This document shows, piece after piece, positions 1 to 8,301 of a stretch of 64,000 nt of DNA. Origin of the DNA: Escherichia phage GoldenSnicker; sequence record OR896832.1. One strand, given 5' to 3'. Position 1 is the first letter of the stretch. The number at the start of each line of letters is the position of its first letter. A model generated the notes under the pieces. That model saw only the letters and a list, made by a program, of their open reading frames with translations. It searched no databases and was not told the DNA's origin. The position numbers were made by a program, and so were the translations under genes.

Positions 1-9
1 TTTTTAAAA

Positions 10-291
10 TTATTCGTGATTAGTTTCGATGTTGTACATTTTGCACCAGTTCAGCCAATCGCCCAGATCTTGATAGTTGATGCTTTTATCTGCTGCCATC
101 GTTTTTGTCTTGATACCCATATGTGCGTTATGAGTAAGCATTTTTACAGTGAACTCGATTTTATCGCCTTTAGCTTTAACATCAACCAGTTTTGTCCACT
201 GGCTACCAGCACCGCGAATGTTCATACCAACGATGTTTCCGATGTATGCTTCTTTGTTTTTCAGGATTTCGGTTGCTTTGATGAATTTCAT
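10..291 (-). CDS. hypothetical small early protein
   Basis: 93-aa ORF on minus strand in early-gene block; no recognisable motif. Confidence 0.4.
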   Translation of the reverse strand: MKFIKATEILKNKEAYIGNIVGMNIRGAGSQWTKLVDVKAKGDKIEFTVKMLTHNAHMGIKTKTMAADKSINYQDLGDWLNWCKMYNIETNHE

Positions 292-361
292 TTTTGATTC
301 TCCAGTTCGTTTCGGTATGGGTGTATTATGCTATGTTCTTACTTTGGTGTCAACAACTTTT

Positions 362-631
362 TTAGATATTTTCAGAAATAAATTTTAAAACTTGACGTAA
401 ATGTTTCTCATCTTTGATAGTCGCCGGAAGTTCTTCTTTTACTTCCTGTGCAAGATAGATATTTCCGTTCCAAGTGAAAGATCCGTCTTCGTTTACGCGA
501 TAGCTGAACATCCACTCGCAATCATTTTCGATTTCATATACACACAGAAGGGTGTAATCGTTAAAGCTATTGATTTCAAGGTCGAAGCCGTGACGTTTTG
601 CAAAGTTGGTAGTGGTTTTAGTCAGCACCAT
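362..631 (-). CDS. hypothetical small early protein
   Basis: 89-aa ORF; AGGAGA SD and early promoter cassette (672-700) immediately upstream. Confidence 0.5.
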   Translation of the reverse strand: MVLTKTTTNFAKRHGFDLEINSFNDYTLLCVYEIENDCEWMFSYRVNEDGSFTWNGNIYLAQEVKEELPATIKDEKHLRQVLKFISENI

Positions 632-671
632 TGTTTGATTCTCCTAAGTGGTATCTCGTTTCGATGGGTGT

Positions 672-700
672 ATTATGCTATAGGCGTGATCTGGTGTCAA
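672..700 (-). promoter_or_regulatory. sigma70-type early promoter (PeSL-like cassette)
   Basis: minus strand TTGACA (700..695), 17-bp spacer, CATAAT (677..672); near-identical copy at 1173-1201. Confidence 0.6.
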
Positions 701-720
701 CAACTTTTTTAAATTTTTGG

Positions 721-747
721 AAATAAAAAGCCGACACTAAGGTCGGC
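721..747 (-). terminator. rho-independent terminator
   Basis: hairpin gccgac/gtcggc followed by U-run on minus strand, directly downstream of ORF 752-1012. Confidence 0.6.
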
Positions 748-751
748 ACAT

Positions 752-1012
752 TTAAAAATTCTTGCTATATATGCAAGCCTCATAATCTAGAGGATGACCG
801 CCAATCCTACCAGGCTTAATATTCCAACCGCATCGATATTTGCTGACCATGCTAACCGTTTCGGTTCTTAGAGCATTTCTTTGCAAATCATACCCCCTAA
901 ATTCTTGTCTATAAGGACAGTCCGCTTTGCAAGTTGGTGGTTCTACGTCATTTAGCGGGTCAGAAGCAGTTGGCTTTATTATCAATTCTTTGTTTGCAAT
1001 AATCATAAGCAC
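752..1012 (-). CDS. hypothetical protein (start uncertain)
   Basis: 86-aa ORF, Cys-rich; overlaps 960-1154, so true start is probably internal. Confidence 0.3.
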   Translation of the reverse strand: MLMIIANKELIIKPTASDPLNDVEPPTCKADCPYRQEFRGYDLQRNALRTETVSMVSKYRCGWNIKPGRIGGHPLDYEACIYSKNF

Positions 1013-1154
1013 ATCTCATTGAAGGCAATTTAACATCTTCGCAATAAGTGTTGAATCCGTCAAATACAATCACTTCATATTTGACTCCATCGGCGATAGC
1101 TTTTACTTTATACCATCCATGCTTGTATAAAATCTTCATCTTCATTTCCCTCAA
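960..1154 (-). CDS. hypothetical small early protein
   Basis: 64-aa ORF downstream of promoter cassette 1173-1201; overlaps ORF 752-1012 in another frame. Confidence 0.4.
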   Translation of the reverse strand: MREMKMKILYKHGWYKVKAIADGVKYEVIVFDGFNTYCEDVKLPSMRCAYDYCKQRIDNKANCF

Positions 1155-1172
1155 TCTCGTTTCGATGTGTGT

Positions 1173-1201
1173 ATTATGCTATAGGCGTGATCTGGTGTCA
1201 A
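1173..1201 (-). promoter_or_regulatory. sigma70-type early promoter (PeSL-like cassette)
   Basis: TTGACA (1201..1196), 17 bp, CATAAT (1178..1173); part of a ~95-bp promoter+terminator repeat shared with 640-750. Confidence 0.6.
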
Positions 1202-1224
1202 TGCCTTTTTTAAAATTTTATGAA

Positions 1225-1250
1225 ATAAAAAAGCCGACACTAAGGTCGGC
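1225..1250 (-). terminator. rho-independent terminator
   Basis: same gccgac/gtcggc hairpin plus U-run as at 721-747, downstream of ORF 1259-1567. Confidence 0.6.
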
Positions 1251-1258
1251 TAATAAAA

Positions 1259-1567
1259 TCATTTAGACAAATAATCATTCTGTGCAATCCGGTCAGCATG
1301 TTCCGGCGTTACGTCAATTGCAATCACTTTAACGCGTGCTTTCTTGCGACCTGGGTTTTCTCGTAACCAGTGCTCATGACCGTGAACATTTTTATACTGC
1401 GATGCTTCTTCGAAGGTACGGATCGGACCTGGGTAATCAGCGTAAAGGATCTCTAGATCTTCAGTGATGTAAAAATATACATCGTAATTGCTGTTCTCTA
1501 GCTTAAGCAGAGACTTTCGGAACATTGGGAGATTTTCGCGGGTAAATTCAAAGATATTATCTTTCAT
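1259..1567 (-). CDS. hypothetical protein, member of HxHW/AxDV paralog family
   Basis: 102 aa; shares YxYI(T/D)EDL, HGHEHW and VIAIDV motifs with five neighbouring ORFs. Confidence 0.55.
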   Translation of the reverse strand: MKDNIFEFTRENLPMFRKSLLKLENSNYDVYFYITEDLEILYADYPGPIRTFEEASQYKNVHGHEHWLRENPGRKKARVKVIAIDVTPEHADRIAQNDYLSK

Positions 1568-1618
1568 AGTATTATCCTCAATAGTTGGATGAAAAGGGGG
1601 GGCTTAATGCCCCGTATA

Positions 1619-1906
1619 TTAAAACAGTCCTTCCTGTACACCGTAGTAGAGTTCATCGCTGATAATTTCATTAATGCGACGGTGTGCATATTCCTGATTT
1701 GCGAAGTTATCAGCAAGTTCTACTTTAGTTTCGCCGTCATGAGTCCATTTAGTGATAACTTTACCATCTGCAAATTTGAAGTTGAACTCTTTAGCTACTG
1801 CATCGCGTACCAGACGTGCGAACTTGTTGTTACGGATTGCATTATCGGTTTCGTGTGCAGCGTGAGCGAATTTGTTAACTTTCAGAGTGATAGTAATGTA
1901 TGCCAT
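1619..1906 (-). CDS. hypothetical small early protein
   Basis: 95-aa ORF; promoter cassette 1953-1981 upstream. Confidence 0.45.
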   Translation of the reverse strand: MAYITITLKVNKFAHAAHETDNAIRNNKFARLVRDAVAKEFNFKFADGKVITKWTHDGETKVELADNFANQEYAHRRINEIISDELYYGVQEGLF

Positions 1907-1952
1907 AATTTGATTCTCCTAGTTAGAAAGTGTATCTCGTTTCGATGGGTGT

Positions 1953-1981
1953 ATTATGCTATACACCCGATCTTATGTCAA
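1953..1981 (-). promoter_or_regulatory. sigma70-type early promoter (PeSL-like cassette)
   Basis: TTGACA (1981..1976), 17 bp, CATAAT (1958..1953). Confidence 0.55.
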
Positions 1982-1987
1982 CACTTT

Positions 1988-2281
1988 TTATAAAATAATT
2001 TTTTGATATTTTTCTATGATGTTCGTGTAAGTCACATCAACCGCTAGCACCGTTGCTTCGAATCCACCGTTTAGCCAATGGCTATGGTCATGGTCGTGAA
2101 AGAAACCAAGACCAGTACGAAGACCTTCTTTATATTCGGCGCGTACATTTAGATCATCATCGATAAACAGATAAAACCATGAATTTTTACTAGGATTGAT
2201 GATACAACCTTTCAGATTAGGGAGAATATCACGACTAAGAATAAACTTATCACCTACTTTGAACATAATATTAGTCCTCAC
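1988..2281 (-). CDS. hypothetical protein, HxHW/AxDV paralog family
   Basis: 97 aa; HDHDHSHW and VLAVDV motifs. Confidence 0.55.
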   Translation of the reverse strand: MRTNIMFKVGDKFILSRDILPNLKGCIINPSKNSWFYLFIDDDLNVRAEYKEGLRTGLGFFHDHDHSHWLNGGFEATVLAVDVTYTNIIEKYQKIIL

Positions 2282-2591
2282 TTATAAGGTCAAACCAATT
2301 GTTTTTCGCATAATGCTTAATGCGTGCTTGATCTGCTTCCGATGGTGATAGATTCCATGCAACCACTACAACTTCTGACGCATCGTCATCCGTTTCTGAT
2401 ACCCAATGATTGTGATTCATACAGTTATTTGCTATCGAGTGAGCAAATGATTTCATCACTGGAGACGTATAATCGTAGTAACGGATTTTCAGATTTTCAT
2501 CAACGTACAAATAGATCGTATAAGGTTTATATTCAGTAACCAGTAACAGACAGTTACGCAATTCTGGGAAAATCTTTTTAGTTAATTTCAT
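2271..2591 (-). CDS. hypothetical protein, HxHW/AxDV paralog family (start trimmed to internal Met)
   Basis: YLYVDENL and NHNHW motifs; listed ORF extends to 2672 but overlaps the next gene, so an internal start is preferred. Confidence 0.45.
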   Translation of the reverse strand: MKLTKKIFPELRNCLLLVTEYKPYTIYLYVDENLKIRYYDYTSPVMKSFAHSIANNCMNHNHWVSETDDDASEVVVVAWNLSPSEADQARIKHYAKNNWFDLISED

Positions 2592-2592
2592 T

Positions 2593-2832
2593 TTATAATC
2601 CTCGGTCTCGGCTATAGTACACGGTACGCCATACAATTTCATGTTTCGTGTCGCTCCAGCACACGATCTCATTTACTCTTAAATCTTTGTTATCAACAAA
2701 AGATGAACATTGTGACGCTTCTTTCATCATTTTATCTGCTGTTTTCTCATCAAATACAGCACAGATTTCTTTATACACTCGATAATCTTTGAATTGACTC
2801 TGGATACCCATAATTAACACCATTCCAACCAA
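2593..2832 (-). CDS. hypothetical protein, second small paralog pair
   Basis: 79 aa; SQFKDYRVYKEI...KMMKEASQC resembles neighbour 2771-3028 (SKFKDYKAYQQI...KMMEDASKC). Confidence 0.45.
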   Translation of the reverse strand: MVGMVLIMGIQSQFKDYRVYKEICAVFDEKTADKMMKEASQCSSFVDNKDLRVNEIVCWSDTKHEIVWRTVYYSRDRGL

Positions 2833-3028
2833 TTGTTTTTGAGAAAACGTTTATCCACTGTTGAGTGTAGCATGTTTCTTTCCATGATACAATACGAGTA
2901 GAATAATGGTTTTTGTTTCCAGAAAAGGACGGACATTTTGATGCATCTTCCATCATCTTTTCGGCGAACTCTGGTGCGTATACTCGCAGGATCTGTTGAT
3001 ATGCTTTATAATCTTTAAATTTGCTCAT
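2771..3028 (-). CDS. hypothetical protein, second small paralog pair
   Basis: 85 aa; paralog of 2593-2832. Confidence 0.45.
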   Translation of the reverse strand: MSKFKDYKAYQQILRVYAPEFAEKMMEDASKCPSFSGNKNHYSTRIVSWKETCYTQQWINVFSKTIGWNGVNYGYPESIQRLSSV

Positions 3029-3293
3029 AATTGTTAACTACCTTATCAGCTTCTTTTATTGTTTTTACATCAACTGCGATAATCCGTAAAGGTTCGTCGA
3101 AGGTCCACCAATGATCGTGATTATCAGCTTGTGATTTATCACCAAAGGAATCACGAATATCATTTTTACATTTATAGCTAATGTGACCGTCATAGTCAAT
3201 ATAAAGGTAATTATCGAAAATCGGCGTTTTTAAGATCATACCGAAAAATCTTTCTTTGTGTGTCTTATCCAGCGTTGCAGTAATTCGCATCAT
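3015..3293 (-). CDS. hypothetical protein, HxHW/AxDV paralog family
   Basis: 92 aa; YLYIDYDG, DNHDHWW, IIAVDV motifs. Confidence 0.55.
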   Translation of the reverse strand: MMRITATLDKTHKERFFGMILKTPIFDNYLYIDYDGHISYKCKNDIRDSFGDKSQADNHDHWWTFDEPLRIIAVDVKTIKEADKVVNNYEQI

Positions 3294-3517
3294 AATATAT
3301 TCCTCTTAGAAAGGGATGGTCATTTCTTGAGCTTGTACATTTTCGTTAGGATTAAACTTCATCCAACCGATATTGTCTACCAGTATATGCACATTTTTAT
3401 CATATCCTACGTGGGTAGTCAATACTGTATGTGCTTTACCTTCAATGATGAGTTCCATGTACTTCTGAACTTCGATAGCTTTCATTTTGATTCTCCGTTT
3501 GTTGTCTTGATGGGAGT

Positions 3518-3546
3518 ATCTTACTACTCCCTTTAATCATTGTCAA
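3518..3546 (-). promoter_or_regulatory. sigma70-type early promoter with inverted repeat
   Basis: TTGACA (3546..3541), 17 bp, TAAGAT; inverted repeat gggagta/tactccc spans the -10. Confidence 0.45.
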
Positions 3547-3549
3547 CTA

Positions 3550-3753
3550 TTATTTGTTAATTTCCGGTGCGTTGCTTGGATAGTAACCTTCTTTAACACC
3601 CAGATATTTTGCAACCATTCCGGTGATCTTCTGTGCTACTACGATATCGAATTTCAGGTAGTCTTCACCGTGGTTTGCTACAATGTATGCTTCGCATTCT
3701 GCTTTAGTCTGGAACATTTTTGATTCTCCTATATCTCGTTGGTATGTGTGCAT
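3550..3753 (-). CDS. hypothetical small early protein
   Basis: 67-aa ORF with promoter 3752-3781 upstream. Confidence 0.45.
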   Translation of the reverse strand: MHTYQRDIGESKMFQTKAECEAYIVANHGEDYLKFDIVVAQKITGMVAKYLGVKEGYYPSNAPEINK

Positions 3754-3781
3754 TATAGGGGATCACCGATCCCCTGTCAAC
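3752..3781 (-). promoter_or_regulatory. sigma70-type early promoter with palindromic spacer
   Basis: TTGACA (3781..3776), spacer containing ggggatcaccgatcccc inverted repeat, TATAAT (3757..3752). Confidence 0.55.
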
Positions 3782-3785
3782 AACT

Positions 3786-4136
3786 TTATAATGCTTTATA
3801 TGCGTATTTCATAAATTTGTCTGCCACTTCATTGGCATGTTCAGATTCTACGCCTGATTCGAGAACAATAGCTAGGTCGGTTTCGTCATTCCCGCCGTAC
3901 CAATGATTTGATGTTCGATTTTTTTCAATTGGAAATTGGTCACTTTTATCTGTGCGACAAAATACATCTAAATGCTCGTCGATGTAAAAGATCCAATCTT
4001 CATAAAGAATAACGGTATTAGCCAGATTTTTATTGCCTTCAACGAAAGGTTCGGCTACAAACAAATTAGTATGTTCCATAGTATTTTCCTCAAAATTATA
4101 CAGCTTCGTAAACTTCCCAATGTCCAACACCAGCAC
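3786..4136 (-). CDS. hypothetical protein, HxHW/AxDV paralog family (divergent)
   Basis: 116 aa; IFYIDEHL, SNHW, AIVLESGV motifs. Confidence 0.45.
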   Translation of the reverse strand: MLVLDIGKFTKLYNFEENTMEHTNLFVAEPFVEGNKNLANTVILYEDWIFYIDEHLDVFCRTDKSDQFPIEKNRTSNHWYGGNDETDLAIVLESGVESEHANEVADKFMKYAYKAL

Positions 4137-4287
4137 GCTTAACGAAAAGGTTTTCTTTTATGTTATTCATAAACGTCTGGATGGATTTAATGCGGTTTGA
4201 AGGTTTCCATTCTTCGTTGGCATTGCGTCGATACATCATAACATTACCAGTTCGCTTATATTCAGCAACCATTTTAAGACCACACAT
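4096..4287 (-). CDS. hypothetical small protein
   Basis: 63-aa ORF; overlaps 3786-4136 by about 40 nt. Confidence 0.35.
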   Translation of the reverse strand: MCGLKMVAEYKRTGNVMMYRRNANEEWKPSNRIKSIQTFMNNIKENLFVKRAGVGHWEVYEAV

Positions 4288-4343
4288 AATATTATCCTCA
4301 ATTTGTGGGAGAGTATTACCCTCCCGATTATTGTTATACTACA

Positions 4344-4646
4344 TTACGCAAAATTGCGTGTCAATGCTTCTTTTGCTGTTCCGCTAAGATTCTCGATCTC
4401 TCCTGGCATAACATCAACCGCAAGAACTTCTACAACATCCTCTGATCCTAACCAGTGAGTATGACCTTTGTAGAACTTGATATCCCATTTAACGCTATCG
4501 CTAGCCCACCACACATCACCGTCGATAAAGTTGATGTAAAGCACACTACGCCACATTGAATTAATTACTTTCAATACTGCGCCTTTCATCTCTTCCACGG
4601 TGTGGTCTTCCATTTTGAAGACCTCGCCTACCTTAACTTTTGCCAT
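4344..4646 (-). CDS. hypothetical protein, HxHW/AxDV paralog family
   Basis: 100 aa; YINFIDGD, KGHTHW, VLAVDV motifs. Confidence 0.55.
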   Translation of the reverse strand: MAKVKVGEVFKMEDHTVEEMKGAVLKVINSMWRSVLYINFIDGDVWWASDSVKWDIKFYKGHTHWLGSEDVVEVLAVDVMPGEIENLSGTAKEALTRNFA

Positions 4647-4663
4647 TTAGTCACCTCTCTTTA

Positions 4664-4843
4664 TTACATAACAATCACGCCAGCCGTTGAAAGTTGATGT
4701 TTCAACTGAGCATTTTCTGCTACCGTCAAATCAATGATTTCTTGTGACGCTGCAATCATATAGCCATTGGTGATATTGTTTTGCATCAGTTCAATGGTCT
4801 CTTCGTTGTAGCGGATTTTAGCGATGATTTCGTTGAAGTTCAT
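4664..4843 (-). CDS. hypothetical small protein (start at internal ATG)
   Basis: listed ORF 4664-4909 begins by reading through the promoter cassette; ATG at 4843..4841 follows a GGAGA SD. Confidence 0.45.
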   Translation of the reverse strand: MNFNEIIAKIRYNEETIELMQNNITNGYMIAASQEIIDLTVAENAQLKHQLSTAGVIVM

Positions 4844-4877
4844 AATTGATTCTCCTAGTTCGTTTCGGTATGTGTGT

Positions 4878-4906
4878 AGTATAGGGGATCGGTGATCCCC
4901 TGTCAA
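4878..4906 (-). promoter_or_regulatory. sigma70-type early promoter with palindromic spacer
   Basis: TTGACA (4906..4901), 17-bp spacer ggggatcggtgatcccc, TATACT (4883..4878). Confidence 0.55.
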
Positions 4907-4919
4907 CAACTTTTTTGAA

Positions 4920-5264
4920 TTATTTTTTCATGAGCTTAATGGCTTCTTCCATAGCCAACACATTTCGATAGTTAGGGTATCTTGTTAGATCGTCATACAT
5001 TCGCTTAAGGGTGGAAACTTCCTCAAACTCTGGGTTTTCAAGATACAATTGAACGAATTGTTTCTCTACCATCTCTGCTTTTAGCTTGTCTGCTTGTTCC
5101 TGTTCATATGATTTAGTTGGACCCAACACCAACAAAATGATAAAGGTGATCAACGGGCTAATGATCAACGATAGGAGAACATAACCGATAACGCTACGGT
5201 TTAAACGGCTTGCGTACATGCCTACCAGGAAAACAAAAAGGATATAGATAAACAGAAAGAACAT
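4920..5264 (-). CDS. small membrane protein
   Basis: 114 aa with two N-terminal hydrophobic segments and a charged C-terminal tail. Confidence 0.5.
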   Translation of the reverse strand: MFFLFIYILFVFLVGMYASRLNRSVIGYVLLSLIISPLITFIILLVLGPTKSYEQEQADKLKAEMVEKQFVQLYLENPEFEEVSTLKRMYDDLTRYPNYRNVLAMEEAIKLMKK

Positions 5265-5271
5265 ATAATGG

Positions 5272-5745
5272 TTACTCCTTATTTTCGCGCTCGTACTTTT
5301 CGAAATAAAATTCTACTGGCTGGTCGTGGATTGACAGCAAGCCAAAGCGTTTAGCCGCTCGCAACCCCATATTGCGCTGAATGTACTTCTGGAAGTTCTC
5401 TCGTATACACTTACGCCAGTATTCTAAGCCCATACAGCTTTTATAAAGATTGCATTGCACACACGACGGATTCATGTTATCAAGTATATCATGTTCCGGT
5501 TTATGCATTCCTACAACCTTATACTTCCACGATCCATCATCATTACGGGCAATTCGTCCCTTTTCATCATAGACTACTTTTGAGCGTCGCAATACTGGTT
5601 TGATGTGGTCTGCGTGCCAGCGATCCCCTAGTTCCTCGCCACAATAGGCACAACGTCCACCGTATTTCATTTTCAGGATCTGGCGTTGCTCTTTCTTTGA
5701 CAATTTTTTAGGTTTAGGGGCTTTCGCCCCTTCATTATCACACAT
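5272..5745 (-). CDS. HNH endonuclease (free-standing, homing-type)
   Basis: CAYCGEEL...HADHIKP...CVQCN HNH motif; overlaps 3' end of the ligase gene by 8 nt. Confidence 0.65.
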   Translation of the reverse strand: MCDNEGAKAPKPKKLSKKEQRQILKMKYGGRCAYCGEELGDRWHADHIKPVLRRSKVVYDEKGRIARNDDGSWKYKVVGMHKPEHDILDNMNPSCVQCNLYKSCMGLEYWRKCIRENFQKYIQRNMGLRAAKRFGLLSIHDQPVEFYFEKYERENKE

Positions 5746-7234
5746 CGAATACCTCTTTTACTGTATTTGCAGTGGTCTTGTCGTAGCGAATACGTTTGAT
5801 GATCGGGAGAAATAAAGAGAACTCCGGTTCATCTTCTTTACGTGATTTGCTGCGGATATACCCGTTGCATGTCATCTCAATGACTTTTCCAATCAGGTTA
5901 TGACGGTCAGCCCATAACATTTCTCGGTCAAGTTCATTTCGACGATCGAACGGAATTACACGTTCGATACCATCATCACCTTTTTCGGTTGTAGTGTCGG
6001 TTAATCCCGATCCGGTGTTAGTCATCATTCGTCCACACGCACTACGGACAGTAAAACCGCCTACCTTATTGGGGTCTTTACTATGCGGATATACATCAAC
6101 AATTTCCGCGTCGAAGTCAATCACTTCTTTAAATTTAACCTGATCTTTACTACGGCGATCTTCAAATACACCATGCAGATTTTTAAGGATAATACCTTCT
6201 AAGCCCATGTTTACATAGCGATGATATACTTCGCGAGCTTCATCGATATTGTTAACTACAGTATTTTCGATTATCTGAACACGAGGATCGTTAAGTTCTT
6301 CAACAATCTGTTTTAGTTCTTCGAATCGATCTTTATATTGCTTCGTTGCTTTCTCGTTTCCGTAATACACATCACGGTCGATAACATCCCAGACAGTGTA
6401 AACAATACATTGGGCTTCTTCTTTTGGAATAGTTCCTTTCAGTGATTTGTTGAGGATACCATTTCCGGTCTGACGATCCGCAACAACGGATTCTTTTACT
6501 GCTTCCGCTACTGGCGTTAATGGTATTTCCTCTTCTTCAAATATCCATGACAGAGTACCATCATAAACGCTCTCAACGAAGTTCTGCGCTGGTGTTTGCG
6601 AAAGGGTAGGCATATATACCAATTCGCCATCTAGAACAATTCCACGGCCTCGTAGACGCTCTAAAACAGAAAACAAATCATCCAGCCACTGGTAGGTATT
6701 ACCTGAACGGGTATAGATTGCTAATGTTTCCCCGTCAATATCAGCCATACCACGAGCGCCATCACTTTTAAGCTGTGCATATGCCGGATATTTGATATTA
6801 GCAATAGCCTTATCAGAATATGACGATGCAAGGTGGCATGGTTGCTGGGGGATCAGTTTCTTCCATACCTTGTTTGCAGTGGTAGCGGAACAACCGCATT
6901 CCAGATCACGATTCAGGACCATCATTGCAACTTTAGCATCATCTTCTGACAAGCAAGTCAGAGTATCGGTAACTAGCTGTAATGCTGCATTACCAGTTAC
7001 TTGACGCGTGGCAAGTTTATTTTTAAAGACCTGCAATGCACCGGATAAAGACAATACAGACGAATAGCGCGATGGTTTATCGTATTTCTTTACGCCAAAC
7101 GTAACCTGTTTGCAATATGCCAGATAAAAGCATTCTTTCAGCGTTTCATTGCTTGCAGATTCTTTCAGAATCTTTTCTTTCAGCGATGTTTTGTCTGTTG
7201 CTGCAAGCTGATTAATGATATTAAGAATTGACAT
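5738..7234 (-). CDS. 30: ATP-dependent DNA ligase
   Basis: colinear with T4 ligase as recalled (KLTGNAA, RDLECG, AQLKADGAR lysine motif, DGELVY). Confidence 0.85.
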   Translation of the reverse strand: MSILNIINQLAATDKTSLKEKILKESASNETLKECFYLAYCKQVTFGVKKYDKPSRYSSVLSLSGALQVFKNKLATRQVTGNAALQLVTDTLTCLSEDDAKVAMMVLNRDLECGCSATTANKVWKKLIPQQPCHLASSYSDKAIANIKYPAYAQLKSDGARGMADIDGETLAIYTRSGNTYQWLDDLFSVLERLRGRGIVLDGELVYMPTLSQTPAQNFVESVYDGTLSWIFEEEEIPLTPVAEAVKESVVADRQTGNGILNKSLKGTIPKEEAQCIVYTVWDVIDRDVYYGNEKATKQYKDRFEELKQIVEELNDPRVQIIENTVVNNIDEAREVYHRYVNMGLEGIILKNLHGVFEDRRSKDQVKFKEVIDFDAEIVDVYPHSKDPNKVGGFTVRSACGRMMTNTGSGLTDTTTEKGDDGIERVIPFDRRNELDREMLWADRHNLIGKVIEMTCNGYIRSKSRKEDEPEFSLFLPIIKRIRYDKTTANTVKEVFDV

Positions 7235-7700
7235 TTTCACCTCGTTTTGTTAAACGTTCACGAATATCATTGAGGATACTACAAAATTCCGATTCAGTCA
7301 ATATAGTCTTTAACGGATCGGTTCCACCTATACTATGACGTAATTTCTTATTTCCGGTAGAGAGTAATGCTTTACAAAATGCTGGGTTATTCCGTGCCAT
7401 CGTAACAAATGCCAGATGTACCAGTCTGTAATAATGCTCACTCATTCGATGAATCGGGCGACCCTGAAAATATAACATGTGATTCTCAATCTTTTCAGTT
7501 CTTCCGGTTCTTTTTGCTTTGCCACCGTGCATCAAAAAGATTTCTCTTTGTCTCTGAGGGTTCTTAAATCTTAGCCCCTGTAAAAATCCTTCTGTGCTGT
7601 TAATATCGCAACCAAATAGACGGAATGGTCTTTTATTGAAATTACTCAATTCACCCGATGGATAAGGTCCACCCGCATAGATATCAATTTCAGAAGTCAT
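7221..7700 (-). CDS. NADAR (DUF1768/YbiA-like) domain protein
   Basis: YAGGPY...LSNF...PF...F.S.EGFLQGLRF pattern resembling YbiA/NADAR. Confidence 0.5.
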   Translation of the reverse strand: MTSEIDIYAGGPYPSGELSNFNKRPFRLFGCDINSTEGFLQGLRFKNPQRQREIFLMHGGKAKRTGRTEKIENHMLYFQGRPIHRMSEHYYRLVHLAFVTMARNNPAFCKALLSTGNKKLRHSIGGTDPLKTILTESEFCSILNDIRERLTKRGENVNS

Positions 7701-7872
7701 TGAAACTAATCTCGCTAATCAGAGAGAACGGATCATAATCGTCATTAGGAATATCGATAGTAATCGAATGAGGATTTACCCATACACCAAACTGGTCTTC
7801 TTCGGTGAATACTTCGGTATGGATTTCGTGGATGTTTACATTCATAGTTTTCATAATAAAATTCCTTAACAA
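7690..7872 (-). CDS. hypothetical small protein
   Basis: 60-aa acidic ORF upstream of the NADAR gene. Confidence 0.35.
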   Translation of the reverse strand: MLRNFIMKTMNVNIHEIHTEVFTEEDQFGVWVNPHSITIDIPNDDYDPFSLISEISFNDF

Positions 7873-7899
7873 TCAATAACTTACAAAATCATATAGCCA

Positions 7900-7930
7900 A
7901 AATATAGGCGGGATTATTTCCCGCCGTTTA
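7900..7930 (-). terminator. rho-independent terminator
   Basis: hairpin ggcggga-ttatt-tcccgcc with U-rich flank on minus strand, downstream of gene 31. Confidence 0.55.
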
Positions 7931-7936
7931 AAATCA

Positions 7937-8260
7937 TTAACCGTAAACTACCACAATATTCTGTTTGTGCGTTACAGTCCATTTCAGGTCGATCTCTTCT
8001 TCCTTCTTAACGCCGTTAATAACGTCTGGATGAGGAACTTTATTCATCTTGCCATGTGGCAGTAAAACAGTTTTACCCAGCAATTCTTTATCTACCGTTT
8101 CACCGATATCAATAATCTTACCTACCAGCGGAATCTCGCCCATAGTGCGCTTTTGCTCAATAATGATCCCCATAGAGCTTTTTACTTCTGTCCCTGCGCT
8201 TTCTGCTTTAGCTTCAATGATCACATAGTCACCAAGTGCTTTAGGAGTTTTAACGGTCAT
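7937..8260 (-). CDS. 31: co-chaperonin GroES-like
   Basis: 107 aa; GDYVII, VPHPDV and size/position match T4 gp31. Confidence 0.7.
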   Translation of the reverse strand: MTVKTPKALGDYVIIEAKAESAGTEVKSSMGIIIEQKRTMGEIPLVGKIIDIGETVDKELLGKTVLLPHGKMNKVPHPDVINGVKKEEEIDLKWTVTHKQNIVVVYG

Positions 8261-8301
8261 AATTTTATTACCTCTTCAAATCAATACAGTTTAATGATGA
8301 A

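Noticed and set aside
16-712. Plus-strand ORFs (16-297, 149-388, 401-712) in the early-gene block
   Set aside because: They lie antisense to better-supported minus-strand genes and promoter cassettes; low-complexity translations with no start signals.
3305-3485. Small minus-strand ORF between 3293 and 3518
   Set aside because: Careful codon-by-codon reading hit a stop after 28 codons, so my first mental translation was wrong; not reported as a gene.
4844-4909. Shared N-terminal peptide MLTGD(H/R)RSPIL on several listed ORFs (also 40050-40268, 40550-40780)
   Set aside because: This is the conserved promoter/stem-loop DNA read in frame, not a protein motif; real starts are the internal ATGs after the SD.
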